Of a DNA stretch of 47,968 nt, positions 26,141-34,749 are shown one piece after another. Position numbers and translations under genes: made by a program. The notes under the pieces are model-generated. The model saw only the letters and a program-made list of their open reading frames with translations, did not search any database and was not told the origin of the DNA. Every line of letters begins with the position of its first letter. Within the stretch, counting starts at the first letter, position 1. Origin of the DNA: a virus (Duplodnaviria; Caudoviricetes); IMG/VR virus record IMGVR_UViG_3300009528_000017, positions 1 through 47,968 of that record. One strand, written 5' to 3'.

Positions 26141-29124
26141 TGCTGGATTTGACACAGTTTTTTTCGGGTATCGACAATTACGTAATACTCCGATTGTCGG
26201 ACGACTTCCCTGATTGTGCCGAGGGCAGCGACATTGATATTCTCTGTGAAGACAAAGAGCAAGCGCTCAATCATATATTGAAAGTTGGGAAGACTTACAA
26301 GGAGCAGGGATTCCAAATAAAAGTCAGCAGGGCCGACAATCATATACACATAGACTTCTACTCTCCAAGCGCGGATAAGTTGAGTCTCAGATTTGACTTG
26401 ATTGAGAACATCGCGTACAAGACTTTTCTTATCGACTTCAGGTTTAGTGGGGTTGTTTTGGGCGACCGGCATACAGTTCTTCGCAAGGATGTGACTGTCT
26501 GCGTGCCATCATTGGAGAACGACCTTGCGGTCAGGTTTTTTGAATACTATGAGTATTATCAGAGCGGCCGGCCGGAGAAGATTAAGCATTATAAATATGT
26601 CGAGAAGCATTATTGTTCCAAATTTATTGATGTCATAAATACATATAGTGACCTTAAGGTCGTTGTTAGAAATGAGGACAAACATCGGGTCCTGGAAGTG
26701 TTTAAGGGCAAAGATAAATTCTACAAGTTTTCACAGAAAAGCCAAATACGCGACCTTAGTGTTATTTACGAGAACTATTTTGGTCGGCGTACTGATGGTT
26801 GTTTCGTAGAGATTGGGGCATACGATGGTGATTACGTCAGCAGTACGAGCGTTTTAGCGGATATGGGTTGGACGGGGTATTATGTTGAACCCATACCAGA
26901 GTATTCCGACCAATGTAAAACAAGGCACGCAAATAACAAGAATGTTACGGTCAGTCAAATTGCCATTGGACCCGAATCAGGAACAGCGAAGATTCACGTA
27001 GGCGGGCCACTTTCGACTATCAAGGACGATATGCAACGTCTTTTTGAGTTTAGAACGTTAAAAGGGAATGATGTTTATGAACCTATCGAGGTCGAGCAGA
27101 TACCATTGGGAGATTATCTTGCCGAACATCAAGTCAGACCCAACTTTGAACTATTAGTAGTTGATGTTGAGGGTTACGAATGGGAGGTCTTTCGGAATTT
27201 CGATATTGAGAAATGGAGACCGCAAGTAATAATCGTTGAGTTGCTTGACCAGAACGATAGATACGCTTTCCTGCGGGAAGATTGCGAAAACGTTATTTCT
27301 TATTTTAAGGAACACGATTACAGGTTAATCTATAAAGACTTTACAAACACGATTTACGTATCAAATGTTAACCCGACCGTTACGAGCCGCTTGGACTATT
27401 TTTTAATTTGGGGTCACGGGGTTCAATATACTGAGGAAATTCTCGATATAATCAGGAAACATACAGACCTTGACATACTATTCATCAAAAGGAAGTCTAT
27501 TGATAATCTTAATGAATTCATAGAAAGGGTTTATTCCTGCGATGCTGTTCCCCTTAGGCATCTGATTGACAAAAGCAGATATTTATTGGATACAGAGCCA
27601 GAGGTGATATTTATTTTAGTCAAGAACAACAACGTCCAGGAAAGACTCTTTGGCAGAGGGCCATTTAGGCATATTCAATGCAACTTAATTAAAGATATAA
27701 AAAAGCAAATACGGGAAAGGTTTGACCCTAAAGGGACAGAGCATCATGTAGTTCACGCATCGGATTACGAGAGTCAGACAAGGCATCTATTGGAAGTGTT
27801 GAATTTTCCGCCGCCAGAACATTTCTTTTGTCAGCCAAATTCTGAGTTTGATGTTCCTTATCACGTTAAGCCTTTTGATAATTATATCGTAAAGGATGTA
27901 AGTATCAACCAACTGTACGTCAATATATTAGGACAAGGGATACTTCCGATACGTGAGACCCCACACTACAAATATTTGACTGGGGATAAGCAAGCATATC
28001 GTGATTACTATAGGGAGAATCTTGGGAAAAAGCTAACTGATGACCATTCACCCGCCGCCTTTGATTTAATGATTGCGAACTTGCAATATGATTATAGAGA
28101 AAAACGATGGCCGTGCGTGAACGGCAAGAGGTCTTTTATTATTGCTCAAGGAGTCAATAAATACACCTATGAACTTGTTGATGGCATACACCGAGCGGCT
28201 ATTCTGAGGCATGAGGGCGTTGAAATCCTACCGATATTGATACCTGTTGCGAAAAGTGTAGTATGTCTTATCTACAGTAAAGATAGGGCTATGCAACTCG
28301 AAGCTGTCATAGAATCCTTCTTTGCGAACTGCATCAATTGTGTGGATGTGCAGGTGCTATATAAAACTTCAAATTCGTCACATCAACGACAGTACGACCA
28401 GTTACGGGAAAGATTTAGGAATGTTAAGTTTCACAAAGAGTACGATTTTAGAGGTCAGACAATATCAATCTTGAATTCGTATCAATACTTCCTGTTAGTG
28501 GTTGACGATACCCTATTTGTAAATAAGTTCAGTCTATGTGATGTATTGCAATGTTTGAAAGACAATAGGAACGTAATTGGGTTCTCGCTAAGATTGGGCA
28601 GGAACATCAATTACTGTTATCCAAAAAGTACCAGTCAGGTTGCGCCTGTTTTTGAAACACTTGACATCGCTGGTTTTCAACTTGAGCAGGAAATATTGGG
28701 ATATGACTGGACGAGGGCGGAATATGATTTTGGGTATCCGTTTGAAATATCCAGTTCAGTTTACGCCATACAGACGCTTATGCCGTTATTGAAAAAGGTG
28801 GATTTTCATAACCCTAATACGCTCGAAGGGGTATTGGCCAATAGCGCAAACCGTTTTGGCCAGTGCAAAAAACAACTATTGTGTTACGGTCAGTCGGTTG
28901 CATTTTGCGTTCCCGTAAATTTAGTGCAGGATGTGACCGCAAATCGCATAGGGGGCGATAACAAGCAATCTGCGGAGAATCTCGCTAAGCTATATGATGA
29001 AGGTTATCGAATTGATGTAGAGAGTTATTTCGGCACTATAGTAACTGCCTGTGAACAAGAAATGGAATATACGTATAAAAAAAATGATTGCACGAGAAAA
29101 ACAGCGATTTCTTCGAGACATTAG
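26140..29124 (+). CDS. 994-aa multidomain enzyme: nucleotidyltransferase-like, FkbM methyltransferase, unknown, ParB/Srx-like and GT-A-like domains
   Basis: SDIDIL; FVEIGAYDG...VDVEGYE; HVVHASD; LVDGIHRAAIL; YSKDRAMQL...VVDD. Confidence 0.75.
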   Translation: MLDLTQFFSGIDNYVILRLSDDFPDCAEGSDIDILCEDKEQALNHILKVGKTYKEQGFQIKVSRADNHIHIDFYSPSADKLSLRFDLIENIAYKTFLIDFRFSGVVLGDRHTVLRKDVTVCVPSLENDLAVRFFEYYEYYQSGRPEKIKHYKYVEKHYCSKFIDVINTYSDLKVVVRNEDKHRVLEVFKGKDKFYKFSQKSQIRDLSVIYENYFGRRTDGCFVEIGAYDGDYVSSTSVLADMGWTGYYVEPIPEYSDQCKTRHANNKNVTVSQIAIGPESGTAKIHVGGPLSTIKDDMQRLFEFRTLKGNDVYEPIEVEQIPLGDYLAEHQVRPNFELLVVDVEGYEWEVFRNFDIEKWRPQVIIVELLDQNDRYAFLREDCENVISYFKEHDYRLIYKDFTNTIYVSNVNPTVTSRLDYFLIWGHGVQYTEEILDIIRKHTDLDILFIKRKSIDNLNEFIERVYSCDAVPLRHLIDKSRYLLDTEPEVIFILVKNNNVQERLFGRGPFRHIQCNLIKDIKKQIRERFDPKGTEHHVVHASDYESQTRHLLEVLNFPPPEHFFCQPNSEFDVPYHVKPFDNYIVKDVSINQLYVNILGQGILPIRETPHYKYLTGDKQAYRDYYRENLGKKLTDDHSPAAFDLMIANLQYDYREKRWPCVNGKRSFIIAQGVNKYTYELVDGIHRAAILRHEGVEILPILIPVAKSVVCLIYSKDRAMQLEAVIESFFANCINCVDVQVLYKTSNSSHQRQYDQLRERFRNVKFHKEYDFRGQTISILNSYQYFLLVVDDTLFVNKFSLCDVLQCLKDNRNVIGFSLRLGRNINYCYPKSTSQVAPVFETLDIAGFQLEQEILGYDWTRAEYDFGYPFEISSSVYAIQTLMPLLKKVDFHNPNTLEGVLANSANRFGQCKKQLLCYGQSVAFCVPVNLVQDVTANRIGGDNKQSAENLAKLYDEGYRIDVESYFGTIVTACEQEMEYTYKKNDCTRKTAISSRH

Positions 29125-29683
29125 CGATATATATGCCTTTGATGGTATCGCTCACGATAGTATCGTTTTTGATATTGGTCTTTTCAAGGGTGTCTGGGCA
29201 AACAAAATTATCCAGAAATACGACCCCTACTTCTATGGTTTTGAACCCATAAAGCGGTACTTTTTGCAAGCCAAAGCAACTTTAGGCGTAAGCCCAAAAG
29301 TCCGGTTGTTCAATTTCGGATTAGGTAGGGAATCAGGCCAAGTTGAATTTGCGATTAAGAGCGACAAATCCAGGCCAGTGAGGGAAAACGAGAGCTATGA
29401 ACCTGATAGGGTCGAGTCTGTTGAAATCAAGTCTATTGATAAATTTATGTCGGACATAGATTTTGTTGACCTTGCGTGCATCAATATCGAAGGCAGTGAA
29501 TACGACTTGCTTGAGGGTATGATTGAATCAGGACTAATATCGAAATTCGGCCAATTATTGATTCAGTTTCACGAAACCCAACACTGTCCGACCAGAGACG
29601 CCATTAGGGAGAAACTTAACCTAACCCACGGAATGGTCTATAGTTACGATACTGTTTGGGACTTATGGCAGAAAAGAAAATGA
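29084..29683 (+). CDS. FkbM family methyltransferase
   Basis: VFDIGLFKG, GFEP, FGLG, INIEGSEY, IQFH. Confidence 0.85.
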   Translation: MIAREKQRFLRDISDIYAFDGIAHDSIVFDIGLFKGVWANKIIQKYDPYFYGFEPIKRYFLQAKATLGVSPKVRLFNFGLGRESGQVEFAIKSDKSRPVRENESYEPDRVESVEIKSIDKFMSDIDFVDLACINIEGSEYDLLEGMIESGLISKFGQLLIQFHETQHCPTRDAIREKLNLTHGMVYSYDTVWDLWQKRK

Positions 29684-31317
29684 AACCGATAGTTACAATC
29701 TATACAGTGGCCTACAATTCGGAGAAGTTTATTGCTCAGGCCATCGATTCCGTCTTGGCCCAGACGTACACGGACTTCGAGTTATTGATAGTCGATGATG
29801 GCAGTACGGACAAAACAGAGCAGATAGCGAAATCGTATTCAGACGACAGGATACGCTACATTCATCAGGAGCATAAAAACTTCGCGGCGGGTATGAACCG
29901 GGCAATTACCGAAGCGAGGGGTGAGTATATTCTTGGCGTTGATTCAGACGATTTTATAGCCCCTGATTATCTCCAAAAAATGGTTGCTTGCGCAGAGCAA
30001 TACCCGGATTCTGACTATTTCTATCCGAGCAAGCTAACGATTGTGGACGAGCGCGGTAATCTTATAGGTGCGTGGGATTATCAGGACTTCTCGGACAATA
30101 ATGCGCTTGTAGCATTTCTCTTAGACAAAAAATGCGGCCCAATTCCGAATCCGGGAAGTCTGAAGCGCAAATCCTTATTTGAGAGGGTCGGATTATACGA
30201 GGAGTTGGAAACGTGTGAAGACTTCGCTTTCCTGTGCAAAAACGTACTATCAATGCGGTTCGTGAAGGTTAATGATAATTCCGATTACTTTTACCGCAAT
30301 ATGGCATCTGGCAATTCGCATAAGATAGAAGGGCGAAAAATTGTTCACGCAAAGGCATTGGAGTACCTGGAAGGGCCAACGAGCGCAACACCACAAGATA
30401 AATCAAAGTTATTGATATGCTCCCCCTGGGACAATTGTTGGTTGCGATACTACGAAAGATATTTTGGTGATAGGTATGAGGTTAAGAGATGTATATACGA
30501 TAGTGATGTTTCACAAACTAAGGATATGATTGCGTGGGCTGACGTCATCTTATTCAACTGGTCTGACTGGTTTTTGAAATACTGGTCGAATCAGGACAAG
30601 CCAAAGGGCAAGAAGTACATAGCGTTTCTGCGTTCTTACGAGATTTGGGACACGAATACTCCCTGGCAGATAAATTGGAGTAACATAGACCATTTGATTT
30701 TCGTCAACAACGCGATACGCCAGTGTTTTCTTGCAAACGCGAAAGAGCACATAGAGGAAGAATTCAAGACCCCTACCCACTGTATTCCTAACGGGATAGA
30801 CCTTGACGAGTGGAAGTTCGCAGACAGAGTGCCGAATAGGAATATAGCATTTGTGGCTGAGATAGGTTACAAGAAGGGGATTCAACTACTGACCCAATTT
30901 GCGTTCTCTATTCCTTATGACTGTTCAATCTTTCCCGCTGGTAGGCCCGCTTATGCACGGTCGGCATTCTATTTTGATTACATAACAAAGACCTTGAGGG
31001 TGGATAACAAAATAGCACCTGTTAGAGAATATGATAATGTCCAGGAGTTTCTGACGAACAAGAGTTTCATTTTGTGCACTTCGATAGTTGAGGGCCACCC
31101 TAACTCTCTGCTTGAAGCAATGGCAGTGGGCATTAAGCCAATAATCCATAATTGGCCTGGTTCCAAAGACTTGTTCCCTGAAAAGTTTATCTGGAACACC
31201 GTAGATGAGGCGGTCGAAATACTCAATGGCGATTATCAACCCACTGAGTACAGGGCATTCATTGAGGCAAATTACGATATGCGGAAAGTGTATAAAAAGA
31301 TAGAGGAATTGTTTTAA
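29680..31317 (+). CDS. bifunctional glycosyltransferase (N-terminal GT2, C-terminal GT4-like)
   Basis: AYNSEKFI...VDDGSTD...VDSDD; IPNGIDL, KKG, SIVEGHPNSLLEAMAVG. Confidence 0.9.
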   Translation: MKPIVTIYTVAYNSEKFIAQAIDSVLAQTYTDFELLIVDDGSTDKTEQIAKSYSDDRIRYIHQEHKNFAAGMNRAITEARGEYILGVDSDDFIAPDYLQKMVACAEQYPDSDYFYPSKLTIVDERGNLIGAWDYQDFSDNNALVAFLLDKKCGPIPNPGSLKRKSLFERVGLYEELETCEDFAFLCKNVLSMRFVKVNDNSDYFYRNMASGNSHKIEGRKIVHAKALEYLEGPTSATPQDKSKLLICSPWDNCWLRYYERYFGDRYEVKRCIYDSDVSQTKDMIAWADVILFNWSDWFLKYWSNQDKPKGKKYIAFLRSYEIWDTNTPWQINWSNIDHLIFVNNAIRQCFLANAKEHIEEEFKTPTHCIPNGIDLDEWKFADRVPNRNIAFVAEIGYKKGIQLLTQFAFSIPYDCSIFPAGRPAYARSAFYFDYITKTLRVDNKIAPVREYDNVQEFLTNKSFILCTSIVEGHPNSLLEAMAVGIKPIIHNWPGSKDLFPEKFIWNTVDEAVEILNGDYQPTEYRAFIEANYDMRKVYKKIEELF

Positions 31318-31907
31318 TGCAGACGTTTAACCAGCTCGTCAATAACACGAACATTCCTGTCCTTGAGTACAATTTCTACTTGAGGGCCGTCCGCAGGGGC
31401 GGGGATTGGATGGATATGGAAGCCGCCGTTGTGAACCTCAAAGACTGTACGAAAGTCTTCAATGAGCATGGGGTCAAATCGTGGCTTCAGTTTGGGACGC
31501 TTTTAGGTGCTATACGAGACGGTTGCTTGATTCCACACGACAAAGACGTTGACGTGGGGGTATTCAGGAAAGACACAATGTTGCTCGTTGACGTATTTAA
31601 GGAGCTGTGCAAGGACTACAACTTCGAGTTCATTAGGAACGTCTGCCTTGATAGCACCGTTTCGTTGATGCGCAACGATGAGTACATTGACTTCTATGTC
31701 TTTAACGAATGCGCCATTTGGTATATGTGCGTGATGATTCCCGAAGTTTGCATCTTCAAGGATTATCAGTTGAATGACTTGCAGACTATCCGGTTCCTAG
31801 GAATGGATTTTAATGTGCCGAAGGATTACGAGGATATGTTTGTCAAGTGGTACGGGGATGATTGGAGAGTTCCTATCAAAGAAAAGTCGGCTTATTATAA
31901 GGATTGA
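31317..31907 (+). CDS. licD: LicD family phosphotransferase/nucleotidyltransferase
   Basis: FGTLLGAIRDG.LIPHDKDVDVG and C-terminal YG.DW..P. Confidence 0.85.
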   Translation: MQTFNQLVNNTNIPVLEYNFYLRAVRRGGDWMDMEAAVVNLKDCTKVFNEHGVKSWLQFGTLLGAIRDGCLIPHDKDVDVGVFRKDTMLLVDVFKELCKDYNFEFIRNVCLDSTVSLMRNDEYIDFYVFNECAIWYMCVMIPEVCIFKDYQLNDLQTIRFLGMDFNVPKDYEDMFVKWYGDDWRVPIKEKSAYYKD

Positions 31908-32680
31908 TAGTGATACCAGTAGTGATTCCATTTTACAAGAATGGAGAACAGCTTCATAAATGTAGGCGGCATTTGGCCGCACAAACTGTTCTTATCGATG
32001 TGTTCATTCGCGACAATAGTAAGGATAATATCTATTTTACTGCTGCCGTCAATGAGGGGATTCGGAAATATCTTACTGACCCAAACTGGGACTACATTCT
32101 CATTATCAATCAGGATATGTACTTACAAGCGAATGCTCTGCGTGAAATGCTCAAGTTTATGGACAGTCATCTGAAGTGCGGGATTGGGATGCCGATACAA
32201 GTTACCAGCGACAATGAGGATTTGGCCTGCTATGCCGGTGGCGCACAGGCATTCCCAAAGGGTTCGGCTCTGGCTGGCAATGTACAATTGTACTGGGCCG
32301 ATGCCAAGATACCCTGGGCGTCCGGCGGGTGCTTGATATTGAGAAGGGAGATGATTCAAGAGATAGGTCTCTTTGACAAAAACCTTCGCTTTGTTGGTAG
32401 TGATAGCGATTACTGTTTTACGGCAAGGTCAAGGGGTTGGGAAGTGTGGAGAATAGCACAGGCCGTAGGAGTACACGAAGACGGCCAGGCGATTACTGCG
32501 GACTGCGGGGAGGCACTCAATCTAATCAAGGTAGAGGATATGCTGTATTTCGCCAGCAAGTGGCTTACCGGTGACTTGTATAGAGGGTTGGCAGATAGGT
32601 GCGAAGATACTACCGCTGAGAAGATACAAAAAGAGATTGCAGATATGCTTACCATAAAACGGACATTACATAAGGCGTAA
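31904..32680 (+). CDS. GT2 family glycosyltransferase
   Basis: VVIPFY, FTAAVNEG, INQD, IGLFD, SDSDYC..AR..GW. Confidence 0.85.
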   Translation: MIVIPVVIPFYKNGEQLHKCRRHLAAQTVLIDVFIRDNSKDNIYFTAAVNEGIRKYLTDPNWDYILIINQDMYLQANALREMLKFMDSHLKCGIGMPIQVTSDNEDLACYAGGAQAFPKGSALAGNVQLYWADAKIPWASGGCLILRREMIQEIGLFDKNLRFVGSDSDYCFTARSRGWEVWRIAQAVGVHEDGQAITADCGEALNLIKVEDMLYFASKWLTGDLYRGLADRCEDTTAEKIQKEIADMLTIKRTLHKA

Positions 32681-32681
32681 A

Positions 32682-33299
32682 ATGAATTTGGATTATTGGA
32701 ACAAGTATTACGAAAACTCAAATAGTGCCAAGCCGTCATTGTTTGCATCATTTTGTTTGCGATATATGGAGGCCCCTGGCTCAGTTATCGATTTAGGTTG
32801 CGGGGTCGGTCAGGATTCAGCCTTCTTTGCAAAGAAGGGTTTTCTGGTCAGGGGTATTGACCAGTCGAAAACCGCAATCGATGTGTGCAAAAAACACAAA
32901 GACAATGGGTTATTGTCTTTTACTAAGATGTCCTTTTTGGATATCGAAACCCTGTATGGCCACGCAGAGTATATGTACCTTCGGTTCGTTCTGTGCGCGA
33001 TTGACCAAACAGAAGAAGAGCTTCTTTTGCCCTGGATTCAGTCCCATATTGCCAAGGGGGGGAAACTGTTTATTGAGACCCGAAGCGTCAATGATACGCA
33101 TATTCCCCATATTCCTCGTACTGCTCACAACCGGAGACTTATATCTAAGCCGGCGTTGGAGGCAGACCTTAAGAAGCTCGGTTTCAAAATTGCGTACTCA
33201 AAGGAAAAGCGAAACTTCTCGCCAATCGAAGGTGAAAACCCGTTACTTATTCGCATAGTAGCTGTTGAGAAAGGAGTTAGCAAATGTGGAAAACAATAG
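32682..33299 (+). CDS. class I SAM-dependent methyltransferase
   Basis: YWNKYY...PSLFA, IDLGCGVGQDS, YLRFVL, FIETRS. Confidence 0.85.
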   Translation: MNLDYWNKYYENSNSAKPSLFASFCLRYMEAPGSVIDLGCGVGQDSAFFAKKGFLVRGIDQSKTAIDVCKKHKDNGLLSFTKMSFLDIETLYGHAEYMYLRFVLCAIDQTEEELLLPWIQSHIAKGGKLFIETRSVNDTHIPHIPRTAHNRRLISKPALEADLKKLGFKIAYSKEKRNFSPIEGENPLLIRIVAVEKGVSKCGKQ

Positions 33300-33568
33300 T
33301 GCGAAAACTTAAAGAGATTTGCCATGTGTGGGGGCATTTCCGAGGCTCATACTATTGGAAGGAAGCGTTTGTATGCCTATTCAAAGGGCACGACACACAA
33401 GAAACAGGGATATTTCATTTTCCGGACCGAGATGTAATATTTACGAGATTCGAGTGCAAACGATGCCAAGAGGAATTTTGGCAAAATAGCAACGGATACA
33501 CGGTTCCTTGTCCATTGGACAGGTATTATTACGCTCCCGGTGATGATGAATTGTTGGGGGTAGAATAA
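33284..33568 (+). CDS. small Cys/His hypothetical protein
   Basis: CLFKGHD...CKRC; AAGGAG RBS. Confidence 0.6.
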   Translation: MWKTIVRKLKEICHVWGHFRGSYYWKEAFVCLFKGHDTQETGIFHFPDRDVIFTRFECKRCQEEFWQNSNGYTVPCPLDRYYYAPGDDELLGVE

Positions 33569-34165
33569 ATGTGGACTCGTGAACTGAGTAGCGGTCTTGA
33601 GGCAGCCAAGTGCAGAGGTCGGATAATCTCTTACTTGAAAGGCGCAGGTCTTGACATTGGTTGCGGGAACGAAAAAATAGTCTCGACTGCAATTGGCGTA
33701 GGGGCATCGGGTTCGGCCATAGACTTGCATCTGGACCTGTCCTCTAACGATTCCCTGGCGATGTTTTCCGACAATTTCTTCGACTATGTATTCTCCGCCC
33801 ATTGTCTTGAGGATTTCTACGCTACTGAAGCCGTTTTGCGGCAGTGGTGGAGAGTAATAAGGCCAGGTGGCCATTTACTCATCTACACCCCTGACCCAGA
33901 CTACTATCCGCGAATAGGAACGGATGGCTGTAACCCGACCCACAAGCGAGATTTGTATTGGCAGGATGTCTGGAAGATACTCAAGGGGTTCGGGAACGCG
34001 AAGAAGGTCAATGCGTCAAGGCACAATTTGTCCAACGAATACAGTTGGTTACTCTGTGTACGCAAGACTTATGGTTTTTATCAAGGTCGATGTTCAGATT
34101 GTCCCTATAAATGGAACTTGTTTCGGCAATTATGGTTAAGCATAACGAATTTATTTAAGGCGTAG
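33569..34165 (+). CDS. class I SAM-dependent methyltransferase (possible N-terminal half of a split MTase-GT9 gene)
   Basis: GLDIGCG, FDYVFSAHCLED, WWRVIRPGG. Confidence 0.85.
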   Translation: MWTRELSSGLEAAKCRGRIISYLKGAGLDIGCGNEKIVSTAIGVGASGSAIDLHLDLSSNDSLAMFSDNFFDYVFSAHCLEDFYATEAVLRQWWRVIRPGGHLLIYTPDPDYYPRIGTDGCNPTHKRDLYWQDVWKILKGFGNAKKVNASRHNLSNEYSWLLCVRKTYGFYQGRCSDCPYKWNLFRQLWLSITNLFKA

Positions 34166-34633
34166 TTTTGTATGGCAATCTATGCAAACGGGGATAACGT
34201 CAAGCCAGTGCTCAGGTGCGTAGCCAAGATGATGATGGTATTGTTTTGCTTGTTCACCGCAAGAGCATTGCAAAGAATTAGGGCGGGGCAATTTGCCAGC
34301 TTCAATAGCGTTTCCCAGAGCATTACAAGCCTCACGATATTCAGGATGGCGAAGAAAGTAGCGCTTAGAGTAGCGATTACTGGTGGCTTTGCCCTGTGGG
34401 CTATGCTGGTAACGCTTTTTTACAACTTTGCCGTGTGGACTTTGTCGGTAATGTTCTGCAGTCGCCTTGCATTTTTCTGTATTATTTTTGTAATATTGTT
34501 TGACACGTTTCAAGTCGCAAACTTTGCAATCATTTTGGCGTTCATCTTTTGCTCTGTTGTCCTTATAAAACTCCGAGAGAGGTTTAGATTGTTTGCACAC
34601 TCGACAGGTTTTCATTATAATTTCAGTAGCCAT
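34151..34633 (-). mobile_element. free-standing HNH-like zinc-finger endonuclease gene
   Basis: KTCRVC...EFY...CKVC N-terminus; CSCG...HHH.GY...LDVIPVCIDCH C-terminus; only antisense gene in the late region; own promoter and RBS. Confidence 0.75.
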
Positions 34634-34635
34634 TT

Positions 34636-34731
34636 TCGTCTCCTAAATAGACGATTTTGGTTAGAGCCGGTTGCAGGACACGCTCCTGCGGTCGGCTCGT
34701 CTTATTATACACAACAGAAAAACTTTGTCAA
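34636..34731 (-). promoter_or_regulatory. consensus sigma70 promoter with a leader hairpin and an RBS-sequestering hairpin
   Basis: TTGACA (34731-34726)-16 nt-TATAAT (34709-34704); hairpin 34664-34698; TCGTCT-ATTTAGG-AGACGA covers AGGAG. Confidence 0.8.
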
Positions 34732-34749
34732 TGGAGAAATATAAGAAAA

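Noticed and set aside
34172-34744. 190-aa hydrophobic + strand ORF that looks like a membrane protein
   Set aside because: It is the antisense shadow of the Lys/Gln-rich HNH-like gene, which has the promoter, RBS and motifs
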